DNA of 64,000 bases, taken from assembly GCA_965226375.1 (NCBI GenBank), contig CBDDCX010000007.1, positions 128,001-192,000 of the forward strand. Reading direction: 5' to 3'. The DNA is from Longimicrobiales bacterium. Its GTDB lineage: Bacteria > Gemmatimonadota > Gemmatimonadetes > Longimicrobiales > Gaopeijiaceae. Shown piece after piece: positions 21,611 through 32,186 of this stretch (positions are counted from its first letter, which is position 1; each line of letters opens with the position of its first letter). Position numbers and translations under genes: made by a program. The notes beneath the pieces are model-generated. The model searched no databases, was not told the origin of the DNA, and saw only the letters and a list, made by a program, of their open reading frames with translations.

Positions 21611-23498
21611 CTATCCCATCAGCCCTTCTGGTGGGCGTCCGGCGGGCGAACGGATCTTCGAACGCCCAGTTGAACACGCAGAACATCGTATAGGCCAACC
21701 CGACCAGGGGTGTCCACCAGATTCCCGTAAGCATTAGGCCCCATGTCGCCGCCACACCCAAAGCCGTCAGGATCGGCCAATAGGATCCATTGGGCATGAC
21801 CGGCTCGACGTCGGGGATCTGATTCACGGCCATCTCCAGTTCCCTCTTCTCGTCTTCGTGCCAAAGCGGCTCCCGGCTCCGAATGGTGGGGAGCACAGGA
21901 AAGTTGTAGTGGTGCGGCGGCGACGGGATCGCCCACTCCAGCGTCGAGGCCTCCCACGGATTCGGTCCGGCCTCGGCGCCCTTCAGCGCGCTCCAAACGA
22001 TGTTCCAGACCATGACGAGAGCGCTGAACGCGAACACGAATGCGCCGATAGTCGACAGCTGGTTGAAACCCTGGATGTTGAGTTCAGCGGCGTAGGTCCA
22101 GGTGCGCCGGGGCATCCCGTACATCCCGCTCATGTGCATGGGGAAGAACGTGAGGTTGAACCCGATGAAGTAGGTCCAGAAGCTCAGCCTGCCCAACGGC
22201 ACGCTCATCATCCGCCCGGTCACCTTCGGGAACCAGTAGTGGATCCCGGCAAACATCCCCGCCAGCACTCCGCCTGCGACCACGTAGTGGAAGTGCGCCA
22301 CCACGAAGTACGTGTCATGCTGCTGCAGGTCGACGGGTGCCGACGCGTGCATGACTCCACTCAGCCCGCCCACCGTGAAGATGGCGATCAGGCCGATGCA
22401 GTAGAGCATCGGTGTGGTGAACCGGAGCTGACCACCCCACATGGTCGCCATCCAATTGAAGATCTTCACCCCCGTGGGGATGGCGATGATCATCGTCGAG
22501 GCGACGAAGAAGGCGTCGGCGATAGGACCGAGACCCGTCGTGAACATGTGATGGCTCCACACACCCCAGCCGATGAATCCGATCAGGATTCCGGCGTAGA
22601 CCACCACGGGATAGCCGAACAGGGGCTTCCGCGAGAACGTGGGGATGACGTCCGAGATGATCCCGAAGGACGGAAGGATCAGCAGGTAGACCTCGGGATG
22701 CCCGAAGAGCCAGAAGAGGTGCTGCCAGAGGACCGGATCACCCCCCGCAGTGGGCACATAGAAGTTGGCCCCGAAGAAGCGGTCGAAGAGCAGGAGGATC
22801 AGCGCCACGGCAATGACGGGAAGGGCCGTCACGATGATGAAGCTGGTGACCAGGGTCATCCACGTCAGAAGCGGCATCCGCATCAGCTTCATGCCAGGGG
22901 CCCTGAGGTTGATGATGGTGGTGATGAAATTCACCCCGCCCATGATCGAGCTCACACCCAGTATCGACAGACCCAGAACCCAGAAATCCACGTTGTTCCC
23001 GGGGGAGAACTGGCTCGATGTGAGGTTGGCATACCCCACCCAACTGGTGTTCGGGGCCATCCCGAAGAACCAGCTGGAGTTCAGGAAGAGGCCGCCGAAA
23101 AGTAAGGTCCAGAACGAGAGCGCGTTCATGCGAGGAAACGCGACATCCCGAGCCCCGATCTGCAACGGAACCACATAGTTGAAGAAGGCCACAGCGAGCG
23201 GCATGGCGACCAGGAAAATCATGGTGGTGCCATGCATGGTGAACAGCTGGTTGAACGTCTCCGCCGTGACGAAGCTGTTCTCCGGACTCCACAGCTGGAT
23301 CCGGATGATCAGCACCTCGATGCCCCCGATGACCAGGAAGACCAGGGCGGCAACGAAGTACATGATGCCGATCCGCTTGTGATCGACGGTGGTGATCCAA
23401 CTCCAGATGCTCGTGTCGTGGAAACCGTGCGCGTGGCCCGCACCCGGCTCGGCAACCGCCGTGGCTACCAGGTCGTCCCCCTCGCGCTCGCCGTTCAA
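21603..23498 (-). CDS. ctaD: Cytochrome c oxidase subunit I (A1 type)
   Basis: TVDHKRIG, HGTTMIF, GHPEVY, WSHHMF, HFHYV. Confidence 0.97.
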   Translation of the reverse strand: MNGEREGDDLVATAVAEPGAGHAHGFHDTSIWSWITTVDHKRIGIMYFVAALVFLVIGGIEVLIIRIQLWSPENSFVTAETFNQLFTMHGTTMIFLVAMPLAVAFFNYVVPLQIGARDVAFPRMNALSFWTLLFGGLFLNSSWFFGMAPNTSWVGYANLTSSQFSPGNNVDFWVLGLSILGVSSIMGGVNFITTIINLRAPGMKLMRMPLLTWMTLVTSFIIVTALPVIAVALILLLFDRFFGANFYVPTAGGDPVLWQHLFWLFGHPEVYLLILPSFGIISDVIPTFSRKPLFGYPVVVYAGILIGFIGWGVWSHHMFTTGLGPIADAFFVASTMIIAIPTGVKIFNWMATMWGGQLRFTTPMLYCIGLIAIFTVGGLSGVMHASAPVDLQQHDTYFVVAHFHYVVAGGVLAGMFAGIHYWFPKVTGRMMSVPLGRLSFWTYFIGFNLTFFPMHMSGMYGMPRRTWTYAAELNIQGFNQLSTIGAFVFAFSALVMVWNIVWSALKGAEAGPNPWEASTLEWAIPSPPHHYNFPVLPTIRSREPLWHEDEKRELEMAVNQIPDVEPVMPNGSYWPILTALGVAATWGLMLTGIWWTPLVGLAYTMFCVFNWAFEDPFARRTPTRRADGIDG

Positions 23499-24685
23499 CG
23501 GAGGCTCCCCAAGTAGGCCGCGATCGAGCGGACCTGCTCGTCGGACAGGTTCGTATCAGGGAACCCTCCTCCTCCAACCTGCGCTCCGGGCATCCGAACC
23601 CCGGCCTTCACCTCATGGGGCGCGCGGATCCATCGGATGAGATTCTCGGGCGTATTCTCCAGGAGCCCCGCACCAATGGTGCTCCGACTGCCGAGGCGTG
23701 TCAGGTTCGGCCCGATTATACCCTGAGCCGGCGTTCCCTGAATGGAGTGGCAGGCAATGCAGGTAGACTGGAAAAGGAAGGCCGTCCTGCCCGCGGTTAT
23801 CAACGGATCTTCCGCCGTCACAGGCTGCCCCGACTCCGGGTCCACCGCCGGCGCAGCGGCCGTCGGCCCCGGAGTTCGCCACGTATCGACCCAGGTGTCG
23901 AACTCGGCCTGGGACTCTGCCACCACTCGTGTACGCATGAGCGAGTGCGCCTCGCCACAGAACTCTGCGCACTGTCCCAGGAACGTGCCCTCTTCATTGA
24001 TCGTGAAGTACAGCCACGTGTAGTGGGCCTGTTCACCCTCGGGTACTCGGCGGATTGGATTTACATCCCGTTTCCCACCCAACTGCGGCACCCAGAACGA
24101 ATGGATGACGTCCACCGACGACAGCTTCAGGGTGATGGCGCGGCCCACGGGGAGGTGTAGCTCGTTCGCCGTCGACACCCCGAGGTCGGGATACCGGTAC
24201 TCCCACCAGTACTGATGCCCGACGACCTCCACCACCAGGGCGTTTGCCTCCGGACCCGGAGGCGTCTGAGTACGAAATGTGGCCTGAATGGCCGGGATCG
24301 CGATAGCCACGACGATCAAGGCGGGTCCGATAGTCCAGGCGATCTCCATTCCGAGATGGCCATGAATCTGCTTGGGAGGCGGCCGGTCCGGGTTCTCCCG
24401 GAACCTGACCACGATGTAGGCGAGCACCGCCCACACCACCACCAGAATCACCATACACCACCAGAATACGCTCACGTAGAGCCCGTGGATCGTCTCGGCG
24501 AAATCCGTTTTCGGATCGAGACTGTTCTGGGGATATTCGCCCTGGCACGCAGCGACCAGAGCGACCGCGATCAAGGCGAGGGCGCACCCAGCCCGGGGAG
24601 AGAAAAGCGCGGACCGCAGTACGGACCACGCTGATGTCGGGAACTTCATATCGGTAGTCTTGCCTAGCTGGTACTTGTTCGTCAT
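23495..24685 (-). CDS. ctaC: Cytochrome c oxidase subunit II with fused cytochrome c (caa3-type), lipoprotein
   Basis: LVAAC lipobox; DVIHSFWVP; CuA motif CAEFCGEAHSLM; heme c motif CIACH. Confidence 0.95.
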   Translation of the reverse strand: MTNKYQLGKTTDMKFPTSAWSVLRSALFSPRAGCALALIAVALVAACQGEYPQNSLDPKTDFAETIHGLYVSVFWWCMVILVVVWAVLAYIVVRFRENPDRPPPKQIHGHLGMEIAWTIGPALIVVAIAIPAIQATFRTQTPPGPEANALVVEVVGHQYWWEYRYPDLGVSTANELHLPVGRAITLKLSSVDVIHSFWVPQLGGKRDVNPIRRVPEGEQAHYTWLYFTINEEGTFLGQCAEFCGEAHSLMRTRVVAESQAEFDTWVDTWRTPGPTAAAPAVDPESGQPVTAEDPLITAGRTAFLFQSTCIACHSIQGTPAQGIIGPNLTRLGSRSTIGAGLLENTPENLIRWIRAPHEVKAGVRMPGAQVGGGGFPDTNLSDEQVRSIAAYLGSLR

Positions 24686-24696
24686 TCGGTAGAGCG

Positions 24697-24954
24697 TCAG
24701 CCGAGGTTATCGACCTCGATGGCCTCGTCGATGAGCATGATCGGAATGTCTTCACGGACCGGGTAAAGCACCTTCCCGTCCTCGCGGACCAAGCCCTCGT
24801 CTACCGACTCCTCCACTGCGTCTCCCCCACGGTTGGTGACCTCGCCAGCGCTGATGGATTCGTTGAGTCGGGCCAAAAGTCCCTCATCCGCGGGCCGCAC
24901 CGGCTGCCGCGTCTCAGGGCAGACCAAAATCTCCAGCAGCGCAGGGTCGACCAT
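24697..24954 (-). CDS. Trm112/UPF0434 family protein
   Basis: MVDPALLEILVCPET...YPVREDIPIMLIDEA. Confidence 0.9.
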   Translation of the reverse strand: MVDPALLEILVCPETRQPVRPADEGLLARLNESISAGEVTNRGGDAVEESVDEGLVREDGKVLYPVREDIPIMLIDEAIEVDNLG

Positions 24955-25110
24955 TGGAACGCCTTTGTTGAGCACCGGTATTGAATGCGACAGCTCACGG
25001 GTGGTACGCAGTCCGAAAAGCTACCACCATTGACCTCGATTGGGGAGTCGTTGACCAGACCCTGATGGAATTCGTCGATCGGGGTCGTCAGGTTCATTTC
25101 GTGGAGCGAC

Positions 25111-25614
25111 ATGAGGGTATTCGCGATCATACTTGGGGCGGTTGTTTCGAGGGGCCTCCCGATGTCGATTCCGTCCTCGTCGGCACCGAACCGGCTGTCG
25201 GCTGATGCGGTTGAAGCGCGGGTCGAGGCGCGGCCGGATGTCGCGGTGATCACATTCGGAGCCGATACGGTGCTGGCCGAGGTGGTGGACTCGCCCGCCG
25301 AGCGGAGCGTAGGCCTACAGTTCCGTGACAACCTCCCGGACGGCACCGGCATGCTCTTCGTCTTCCAGGGCGAGGCGCCTCGCTCTTTCTGGATGAAGGA
25401 CACCTACATCGCGCTGGACATCGCCTACCTCGATGTGAACTTCCGCGTCGTGGACATCCAGCAGATGGAGCCCCAGACGGAAGAGCTCCACAACAGCACC
25501 GCTCCGGCCATGTTCGCCCTGGAGGTGCGGAAGGGCTGGTTCAGTGAACATGGCATCGGTGTGGGAGCCCAGGCGAATGTGGTTTTCGACCCGCCCGGGG
25601 TGAGAATCAACTAG
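25111..25614 (+). CDS. DUF192 domain protein
   Basis: GLQFR..L...GMLFVF....SFWMKDT..LDIAY, ALEV. Confidence 0.9.
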   Translation: MRVFAIILGAVVSRGLPMSIPSSSAPNRLSADAVEARVEARPDVAVITFGADTVLAEVVDSPAERSVGLQFRDNLPDGTGMLFVFQGEAPRSFWMKDTYIALDIAYLDVNFRVVDIQQMEPQTEELHNSTAPAMFALEVRKGWFSEHGIGVGAQANVVFDPPGVRIN

Positions 25615-25634
25615 GGCACACGCAGCACCCTGAT

Positions 25635-26501
25635 TCAGTTGGTCTCCGCCACCTGCAATCGAGCCGTGAACCCGCCCTCCTGTGAGGCGAACGCCGAGAA
25701 CACACCCAACCCTCCCAGGATATTACTCGGCGGTTCGTTGAGGTCACGGGAGTCCTGAACACGACCTTCGTAGAGATCCGCGTACTCTTGATTCACCCGG
25801 TAGAGGCGGACCCGGTGTTCGCCGAGGTGCGTGAGGGAGACTTGGCTTATGGTCGTGCTGTCCGCCGGTGTGGGCGCAGACACGAAGCGCCTGGCTTGTG
25901 AGATGAACTCCGGAGCCGGGATCTGCGGCGGATCGGTCTCGAGGTTGTCCACCACCACGAAGAACAGGTCCCGCTCGGGGTTGATCCAGCGGACGATGAC
26001 GCCTCCGAAAGCCAACCCGCCCCGACCGCCGCCCCGTTGACCGAACGCTCCGAACCCCGCAGTAAGATCCACGACATCCATGACATCGGACGACACAGCG
26101 AGTCCCTCCGGTGGAGGCGGCACGACGGTAGTTGCCGAAAGGCTCTCGGAACCATGCAAAACCCCCAGTTCGAAGACGTCACCCGACTGGACCACGAGAT
26201 CGGCACCCGGATAGTGGTAGGCCCCGGGCACCCCCTGAGTGGCAATCAGGTCGAATCGAGCCTCTTCACGCTGCAGCCAAACACTCGCGTCACTCACCGG
26301 CATGCCGAGGGTGTCCTCGGACACCAGCGGAACCGTGGTCGTGATGCGGATATCGGCCACCGGCTCCCCGGCAAACAGGAACGCCCGAACGACGAGGATA
26401 TCGCCGTCCAGGCCCAGCGGATCAGAGTCGGTGCACGCCGCAACCCCGGCGACCGCCATGGCCAAGAATACAAGCAACCTCGTTCGCATCTGCGGTCTCA
26501 T
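25635..26501 (-). CDS. DUF4249-like lipoprotein, partner of the TonB receptor
   Basis: VAAC lipobox; C-terminal PSNILGGLGVF. Confidence 0.75.
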   Translation of the reverse strand: MRPQMRTRLLVFLAMAVAGVAACTDSDPLGLDGDILVVRAFLFAGEPVADIRITTTVPLVSEDTLGMPVSDASVWLQREEARFDLIATQGVPGAYHYPGADLVVQSGDVFELGVLHGSESLSATTVVPPPPEGLAVSSDVMDVVDLTAGFGAFGQRGGGRGGLAFGGVIVRWINPERDLFFVVVDNLETDPPQIPAPEFISQARRFVSAPTPADSTTISQVSLTHLGEHRVRLYRVNQEYADLYEGRVQDSRDLNEPPSNILGGLGVFSAFASQEGGFTARLQVAETN

Positions 26502-26510
26502 CTATGTCTC

Positions 26511-28958
26511 CTACTTGATCCCCATCCGAAAACCGATGCTGGGCGTCAATGGGAGCGTGGTCACATCAGTCACCACCACGGCGTCGGAGCTCAGGTCGAA
26601 CTTCCGGTACCACACGTTGTCGTGCCCATAAGCGTTGTACGCGGAGACGTTCAGCTCGTAGAAGAACCGATCCGACTCGAATCTGCGGGTTGCCCCCAGA
26701 TCCAGCCGATGGTAGGCGGGGAGGCGTTCGGCGTTCTTGCCCCCCACGTGGATGTAGCTGAAGGAGCTTCCATCGAGTAGCTCCACGCTATACTCGCTTT
26801 CAGGGGCCGTGTACGGCCGACCGGACCCGTAAACCCAAGAACTGGAAAACGTCCAGGGTCCGGCCTGATAGACCCCCACTGTTTTGAATTCGTGAGTCTG
26901 GTCATGGCTCGCCGCGAAGGCCTGCCCGTCGTTGAAGTTGTCCAGCTCATATTCCACCTGGCTCAGCGAGCAGCTCACCCATCCAGTGAGTGGACCCGCC
27001 TTCTTCTGAACGAGTAGCTCCACCCCTCTTGCGACACCCGTCCCCGAAAAGAACAGCTCACCGAAAGCCTGACCCGGGCCTCGACGGGAGCGGGTGGAGA
27101 ACTGCGTCACACCGTCGAGGTCCTTGTAGTACCCCTCGAGATCGATCAGAAACCCCTGCGTCTCGTAACTGATGCCTCCCATGACGTGCTCAGCGAAGGT
27201 GGGAGGAAGCACAGAGTCTGAGAGCACCCAGAAGTCACGGCTCCCCTCGAGAATGTCTTCGTTTTCGACCCGTTTGATGAACTGGTTGTATCTCCCCCAT
27301 GCTCCCTTGGCCGTGAGATTCGCGCCGAGCGGCAGCTTCAACGACGCTCGCGGCTCGAAGTAGGTAGTGCTCGTCGCGTCGTAGTGCGTGCCCCGGGCCC
27401 CCAGCGTAACTTCGACCCCGGCCGGACCCGCCCAGACATGCTGCAGGTATCCACTCGTCTGGAGCGCATTCCCCTCGAGTGCCAGGTTCCCGCGCACCGA
27501 GTCCCCCTGCAGTTGTTCGAAGCCGTAGCGGACGTCGCTCGCGGTCAGGAGAGCTCCAAACTCGACCGTGGAGGATCGCCCGGCCTTCCACGAGTTGTCC
27601 AACCGCAGGCTGACATCCTGGACCCGGTTCTCCTCGAGGAAGCCGGCTGCGAACTGATCGGACGTGATCTCCCGGGCGCCGTCGCTGAAGTACTCGCTGG
27701 CGGCCACCTGGGCGTCGGAACTGAATCGGCCCCCCCACTGTCGGAACCAACGACCGCTGACACCGCGATTCCCCCAGTCGGTGATCTCCTGACGGCTCGG
27801 TGTGTTGAAGGCGTTCCCGCCGAACTCGATGGCCTGGCCCGCGGAAGACTGGTCGAGATTATCCGCGCCGCCGTAAAAGCTCATGGCGACCACGTCACGT
27901 GTGGTCGGAGTCCAGGTCAGCTTGATGTTCGCATCGTAGAAGTAGAAGGAGGGAGTGGCTTCTTGAGCCTGGAATTGCCTGCGACGCCCTCGGAAGCCGG
28001 CGGGCTGCTCTGGTGTCGCCGCCTGGTCGGCGTCCGTCAGTGTGCCGAAAATGTCGTTGAAGAGACCGCTCTGGATGACGTCGGTGTACGACCTCCGGGC
28101 AGAGACCATGAGTGCCGCGTCGTTTCCGAGCGGAATCTCCAGAGTGGTCCGACCGCTCAACAGATTCACGCCTGCGCTCATCCGGAAGGCTTCCGGATCT
28201 CCCGCTCTTCCGATCATGTCCACGACACTAGAGGTCCGGCCCCCGTAGCGCGCCGGATAGGCGGACTTGAACAGCTGCACGTCCTTGATGGCGTCTGCGT
28301 TGAAGGCACTGAACACGCCGAAGAAGTGGTCCACGTGGTATACGGTCATGCCGTCCAGGAGGACCAGGTTCTCGTCGGGCGTCCCGCCGCGCACAAAGAG
28401 ACCGGAGGTGGCGTCGTTGGTGCCACTCACACCCGGTAAGAGCTGGAGCGAGCGGAAGATGTCTGCCTCACCCAACGAGGGGAGGACCCGGATCTGTTCG
28501 GGAGAGATCGAGATGCGGCCGACCCCCCGGCCGGCCTCCATGACCTGTGTTTGCGCTCGCACCCAAATACCCTCTAGCTCGATCGCGTCGGGCGCCAACA
28601 ACACCTGCAGCGACTCCGTCGGCACCGCATCCAACTGGAGCAGGAGCGTACGGTAGCCGAGGTGTTCGACCGTGAGCTGCACAGGTCCGTCGGGGAGGCC
28701 CACCAGCGAGAACCGGCCGAACGCATCGGTGAGCGCACTATAGGACGACTCACCCAAAGCCACCGAGACGTTGGGAAGAACCTCGTTGGTGAGGGAGTCG
28801 ACGACCGTGCCCGTCAGGTCCACGCTCTGAGCTCGCGCCTTCAGCGGCAGCGAGCCGACCGTGAGAGCCAGCGTAAGAACAGGTAGCCACCGAGCACTTC
28901 TCAGGCCCCCAGCACACATCGTTCCCTCCCGAGTTTCGCATCTCCCGCACACGGCCAC
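26511..28958 (-). CDS. TonB-dependent receptor with N-terminal carboxypeptidase-regulatory-like domain
   Basis: LQLLPGV, VRGGTPDENLVLLDG, PARYGGRTSS, RLPAYHRLD. Confidence 0.9.
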   Translation of the reverse strand: MAVCGRCETREGTMCAGGLRSARWLPVLTLALTVGSLPLKARAQSVDLTGTVVDSLTNEVLPNVSVALGESSYSALTDAFGRFSLVGLPDGPVQLTVEHLGYRTLLLQLDAVPTESLQVLLAPDAIELEGIWVRAQTQVMEAGRGVGRISISPEQIRVLPSLGEADIFRSLQLLPGVSGTNDATSGLFVRGGTPDENLVLLDGMTVYHVDHFFGVFSAFNADAIKDVQLFKSAYPARYGGRTSSVVDMIGRAGDPEAFRMSAGVNLLSGRTTLEIPLGNDAALMVSARRSYTDVIQSGLFNDIFGTLTDADQAATPEQPAGFRGRRRQFQAQEATPSFYFYDANIKLTWTPTTRDVVAMSFYGGADNLDQSSAGQAIEFGGNAFNTPSRQEITDWGNRGVSGRWFRQWGGRFSSDAQVAASEYFSDGAREITSDQFAAGFLEENRVQDVSLRLDNSWKAGRSSTVEFGALLTASDVRYGFEQLQGDSVRGNLALEGNALQTSGYLQHVWAGPAGVEVTLGARGTHYDATSTTYFEPRASLKLPLGANLTAKGAWGRYNQFIKRVENEDILEGSRDFWVLSDSVLPPTFAEHVMGGISYETQGFLIDLEGYYKDLDGVTQFSTRSRRGPGQAFGELFFSGTGVARGVELLVQKKAGPLTGWVSCSLSQVEYELDNFNDGQAFAASHDQTHEFKTVGVYQAGPWTFSSSWVYGSGRPYTAPESEYSVELLDGSSFSYIHVGGKNAERLPAYHRLDLGATRRFESDRFFYELNVSAYNAYGHDNVWYRKFDLSSDAVVVTDVTTLPLTPSIGFRMGIK

Positions 28959-29042
28959 ATCCGTCTTCCCCGTGCCACAGGAGAGGGAACTTGGGGGAGG
29001 AACGTTAAATCGTAAGGAAACACCTACGGGATCCCGGGGGCC

Positions 29043-30221
29043 TTAGACGGAAGCCTTCAGCGCCTCGACCAGCGCCCCCAAGTCGTCCTCGTCGTTGTAC
29101 AGATGAGGAGAGACCCTGAGGGCGTTTCCCCGTAACGACAAGAAGATCTTGCGGGCTTCCAGCTCTGCCTGGAGGGCGGCCAGCTCGAGGCCCTCGGGCA
29201 TACGCAGGCCGAAGAGGTGCGCTGCACGCCACTCGTCCTCCTCGAGGGAGAATCCGAGGGCGACCGCCTCCCGGATGAGCGGCTCGCTGAGTCGCCGGCA
29301 GTAATCCGTAATCCCTGCCGGAGTCCACCCTATAACGAGCTCCAGCGAGGCGACCAACATGGGGATGAGAATGAAGTTCGATCTCTCCCCGACATCATAG
29401 CGGAGGGCGCCGGGCTGATACGCCGCCTGGTAGTTCACCAGATGCTGGAAGTCGTCGCTCCCTTCGCGGCCGATCCACGTCTCTTCTAGAGGCACTCCCT
29501 CGTCGAAGCGCGATCCGAAGTAGGCCGCACCGACCGAATAGGGACCCAGGAGCCACTTGTACGCGGCAACGATGAGAGCATCCGGCTGTATCTCCTCCAC
29601 GTCGAAGGGCATTGCGCCCACCGACTGCGTGCCGTCCACGACCAGGACAGCGCCCACCTCCCGAGCTCGCGCTCCCACCGCCGGAAGGTCGAAGACCGTG
29701 CCGTCGGTCCAGTGGATGTGGGGTACTGAGACCACGGCCGTGTCCCCATCGATGGCCTCGAGAAGACGCTCGTTCCACACAGAGCCGCGGTGGGCACCGT
29801 CGTCAGGCGGAACGATCGTGCGGACGTGTGCACCCGACTCCTCTGCCTTACGCTGCCACGCGTAGACGTTACCGGGGAACTGCTCGTGGAGCAGCACGAT
29901 GTTCTGCCCCCGCCCCACCGGACTGTTGAGAGCTGCCACCGCGACTCCGTACGAGACGGACGGAATGATCGCGATGCGGTTCGGGTCCGACGCTCCGACG
30001 AGCCGCGCAAACCGCTCGCGAGCGCGATCGCTCTGGTTGAAGAAGTCCGGTGAACGAACGAGCATCGGCGTCCGTTTCTGCAGGACCCCGGTGATTCCGG
30101 CCTCTTCGGTGGCCTTGGGAAGCGGCCCGAAATAGGCACAGTTCAGGTAGTGGACGTCAGCGGGAAGACTGAACGCGTCCCTCTGACAGCTCAGGGCCGC
30201 CGTACCCACCTCCTCGGTCAT
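29043..30221 (-). CDS. Class V PLP aminotransferase (cysteine desulfurase/selenocysteine lyase-like)
   Basis: YLNCA, DGTQSVG, YKWLLGP, LRVSPHLYN; ATGA overlap with the upstream gene. Confidence 0.88.
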   Translation of the reverse strand: MTEEVGTAALSCQRDAFSLPADVHYLNCAYFGPLPKATEEAGITGVLQKRTPMLVRSPDFFNQSDRARERFARLVGASDPNRIAIIPSVSYGVAVAALNSPVGRGQNIVLLHEQFPGNVYAWQRKAEESGAHVRTIVPPDDGAHRGSVWNERLLEAIDGDTAVVSVPHIHWTDGTVFDLPAVGARAREVGAVLVVDGTQSVGAMPFDVEEIQPDALIVAAYKWLLGPYSVGAAYFGSRFDEGVPLEETWIGREGSDDFQHLVNYQAAYQPGALRYDVGERSNFILIPMLVASLELVIGWTPAGITDYCRRLSEPLIREAVALGFSLEEDEWRAAHLFGLRMPEGLELAALQAELEARKIFLSLRGNALRVSPHLYNDEDDLGALVEALKASV

Positions 30222-31141
30222 CGTCCCTCGAGCCACCACTGCTGTGTTCCGGGGTGGAGGGGGATGGGAGAGTCCTGCAGGAAATCGAGATCGATTTGAC
30301 GGGCCATGCTGTGGACGCGCTCGATGCTGGCGCGCTGTTCCGTCAGGACGTTCAGCACACTCAATACGACGTCGTTCGACAATCTCTCGGGCGCGATGAC
30401 CCAGTTGAGCAATACCGCCGTCGGAAGTATCTCATCCACGCCGGGATACACGCCGGCGGGAATCTCGCCAGCGTCGAAGTACGGATAGAGGTCCATGAGC
30501 TCCTGGATGCGGTCGACGGCCAGAGGTAGGAGACGCACGCCACCCGTGGTGGTCGCCTCCAGAACGGCCGCCGCCGGATAGCCCACACTGATGATGGCCG
30601 CGTCGATGGCGCGGTCCTTCAGCGCGCCGGCCGACTCGTTGAACGTGAGGTAGCGAACCTCAACGTCATCGTAGGTCAGGCCGTGGACCTCGAGGATCCT
30701 ACGCGACATCTGCTCCGTTCCACTCCCGGGTGCCCCCACCGACACGCGCTGCCCTCTGAAGTCGGCCACGGACTCCGCCTCGGAAGAGGCTGAGACGAGA
30801 ATGTGGGTGAAGTTCGGGTAGAGGGGCGCCACGATTCGGAGGTCCTCCATCGGGTCACCGAAGTCCGGGCTGCCGTAGTACGCCTCCCATATCGAGTTGG
30901 CCGTAGAGAACGCAAGATCGATCTGGCCGGCGCGGATGCGGTTGATGTTCTCTACCGCGCCACCCGTGACCTCGGCGGTGTACGTTCGGGTGGAGTCCGC
31001 AAGCGACATGAGGCTGGCCATGGCCCCCCCGAGCGGATAGTAGATCCCGCCCGTTCCGGCCGTTCCGATGCTCAAAAAGCGTGGCGCACCGGAGCCCTCA
31101 CCCGTACACGCCGAACCGATCAGGGCAAGAATCCCGAACAC
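30218..31141 (-). CDS. TAXI-family TRAP transporter solute-binding protein
   Basis: IGTAGTGGIYYPLG, TGGAVEN, GAPGSGT, IPLHPG. Confidence 0.92.
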   Translation of the reverse strand: MFGILALIGSACTGEGSGAPRFLSIGTAGTGGIYYPLGGAMASLMSLADSTRTYTAEVTGGAVENINRIRAGQIDLAFSTANSIWEAYYGSPDFGDPMEDLRIVAPLYPNFTHILVSASSEAESVADFRGQRVSVGAPGSGTEQMSRRILEVHGLTYDDVEVRYLTFNESAGALKDRAIDAAIISVGYPAAAVLEATTTGGVRLLPLAVDRIQELMDLYPYFDAGEIPAGVYPGVDEILPTAVLLNWVIAPERLSNDVVLSVLNVLTEQRASIERVHSMARQIDLDFLQDSPIPLHPGTQQWWLEGR

Positions 31142-31274
31142 CAGTACGAGAGCTATTCTACGGCCGGCGATGCGTTTAATCGACTCGATGCTGTCCCCCA
31201 GAGTTATGGTCCAAACGTCCCTCTAGCGTGCCGCTTCCAAGGCTCGTCGAGACACCTTGGCAACGCGACAATAG

Positions 31275-31493
31275 CTACTTCCTCGAAAGGATAACGGCCA
31301 GAGTCAGCATTCCGAAGCCGTCCGAAGGGAGCCCCGGCAGCATGAGCGCAACCGCGGCTGCGGCGAGCACGGCCCTCTCCAAAGGGGTCAACGATCGGCG
31401 GCCGAAACCGACTCCTGCAGAGGCCAGCGCGGTGACGCCCGCCGTGGCAGTACAGAAGGCAAATGTGATCCCTGCCGGACGATCCTCCGTCAC
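31275..31493 (-). pseudogene. Remnant of a TAXI-TRAP fused (4TM/12TM) permease: start plus last helices only
   Basis: GTG overlaps the Yip1 stop (GTGA); TATAGVTALASAGVGF..RSLTPLERAVL...LPGLPSDGFG resembles the TRAP fusion-permease C-terminus; lies just upstream of TAXI. Confidence 0.65.
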
Positions 31494-32173
31494 CCGTTGA
31501 AGATCGCGATGATGGCTGCGATGCCGACCGGTATGACGAGCATGCCGACCGCCGCCGGAACCCACGCTTCTCTACCGCCGATCCTGGCCGCGCCGAGTCC
31601 CACCAAGAGCCATGCCCACAAACTGAACAGATCCAGCAGGCTGAGAAAACGGACTACGTAGCCGTCCTCGAGAAAGAAGGCGAACGTACCCACGGAGAGC
31701 AGGAGCTGGAGATCGCCGGCCATGATCTTCAGGGGTAGCACCACGATACCGGACGTAGCGGCAATGAGCTGGGCGTGTACGGTCACAGCCAGATACTGAC
31801 GGTAGGTGCCTTCGTCGCCCAAAATGAAGGCGAACACGAACGTCACCAAGCCCGCAAGAGCCGCCACAATGACCGAGAACGACAAGAAAGCGGCCGCTGC
31901 ACCGCCGAAGCGGATGAGCCCCACGTTGCTCTCCATCGCTGACGGAACGGGCTGTCCCCTCTCCAAAAAACTCCGGCGGAGCTCGGCGAGATAGAGTTCC
32001 GGCGGCAGGAGGATCACACCCACCAAGACCAATCCGGCGCCGAGGACCATGGCACCACCCCATACCGGGCGCTCGACCAGCCGGTCGAACAGCGCCCCGG
32101 GCGACACGAAGACCTGAACAAAGCGACTGAGTAGTCCTGGAAAGGCGGTCTCCTGTGGCTCTTCAGAGCTCAT
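31490..32173 (-). CDS. Yip1 family membrane protein
   Basis: VFVSPGALF..L..RPVW; several TM segments; LDLFSLW. Confidence 0.8.
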   Translation of the reverse strand: MSSEEPQETAFPGLLSRFVQVFVSPGALFDRLVERPVWGGAMVLGAGLVLVGVILLPPELYLAELRRSFLERGQPVPSAMESNVGLIRFGGAAAAFLSFSVIVAALAGLVTFVFAFILGDEGTYRQYLAVTVHAQLIAATSGIVVLPLKIMAGDLQLLLSVGTFAFFLEDGYVVRFLSLLDLFSLWAWLLVGLGAARIGGREAWVPAAVGMLVIPVGIAAIIAIFNG

Positions 32174-32186
32174 GGCCAGGGCCTGC

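Noticed and set aside
29043..30221. Selenium-utilisation locus
   Set aside because: No sel genes or in-frame TGA selenoprotein seen; class V family membership is not specific
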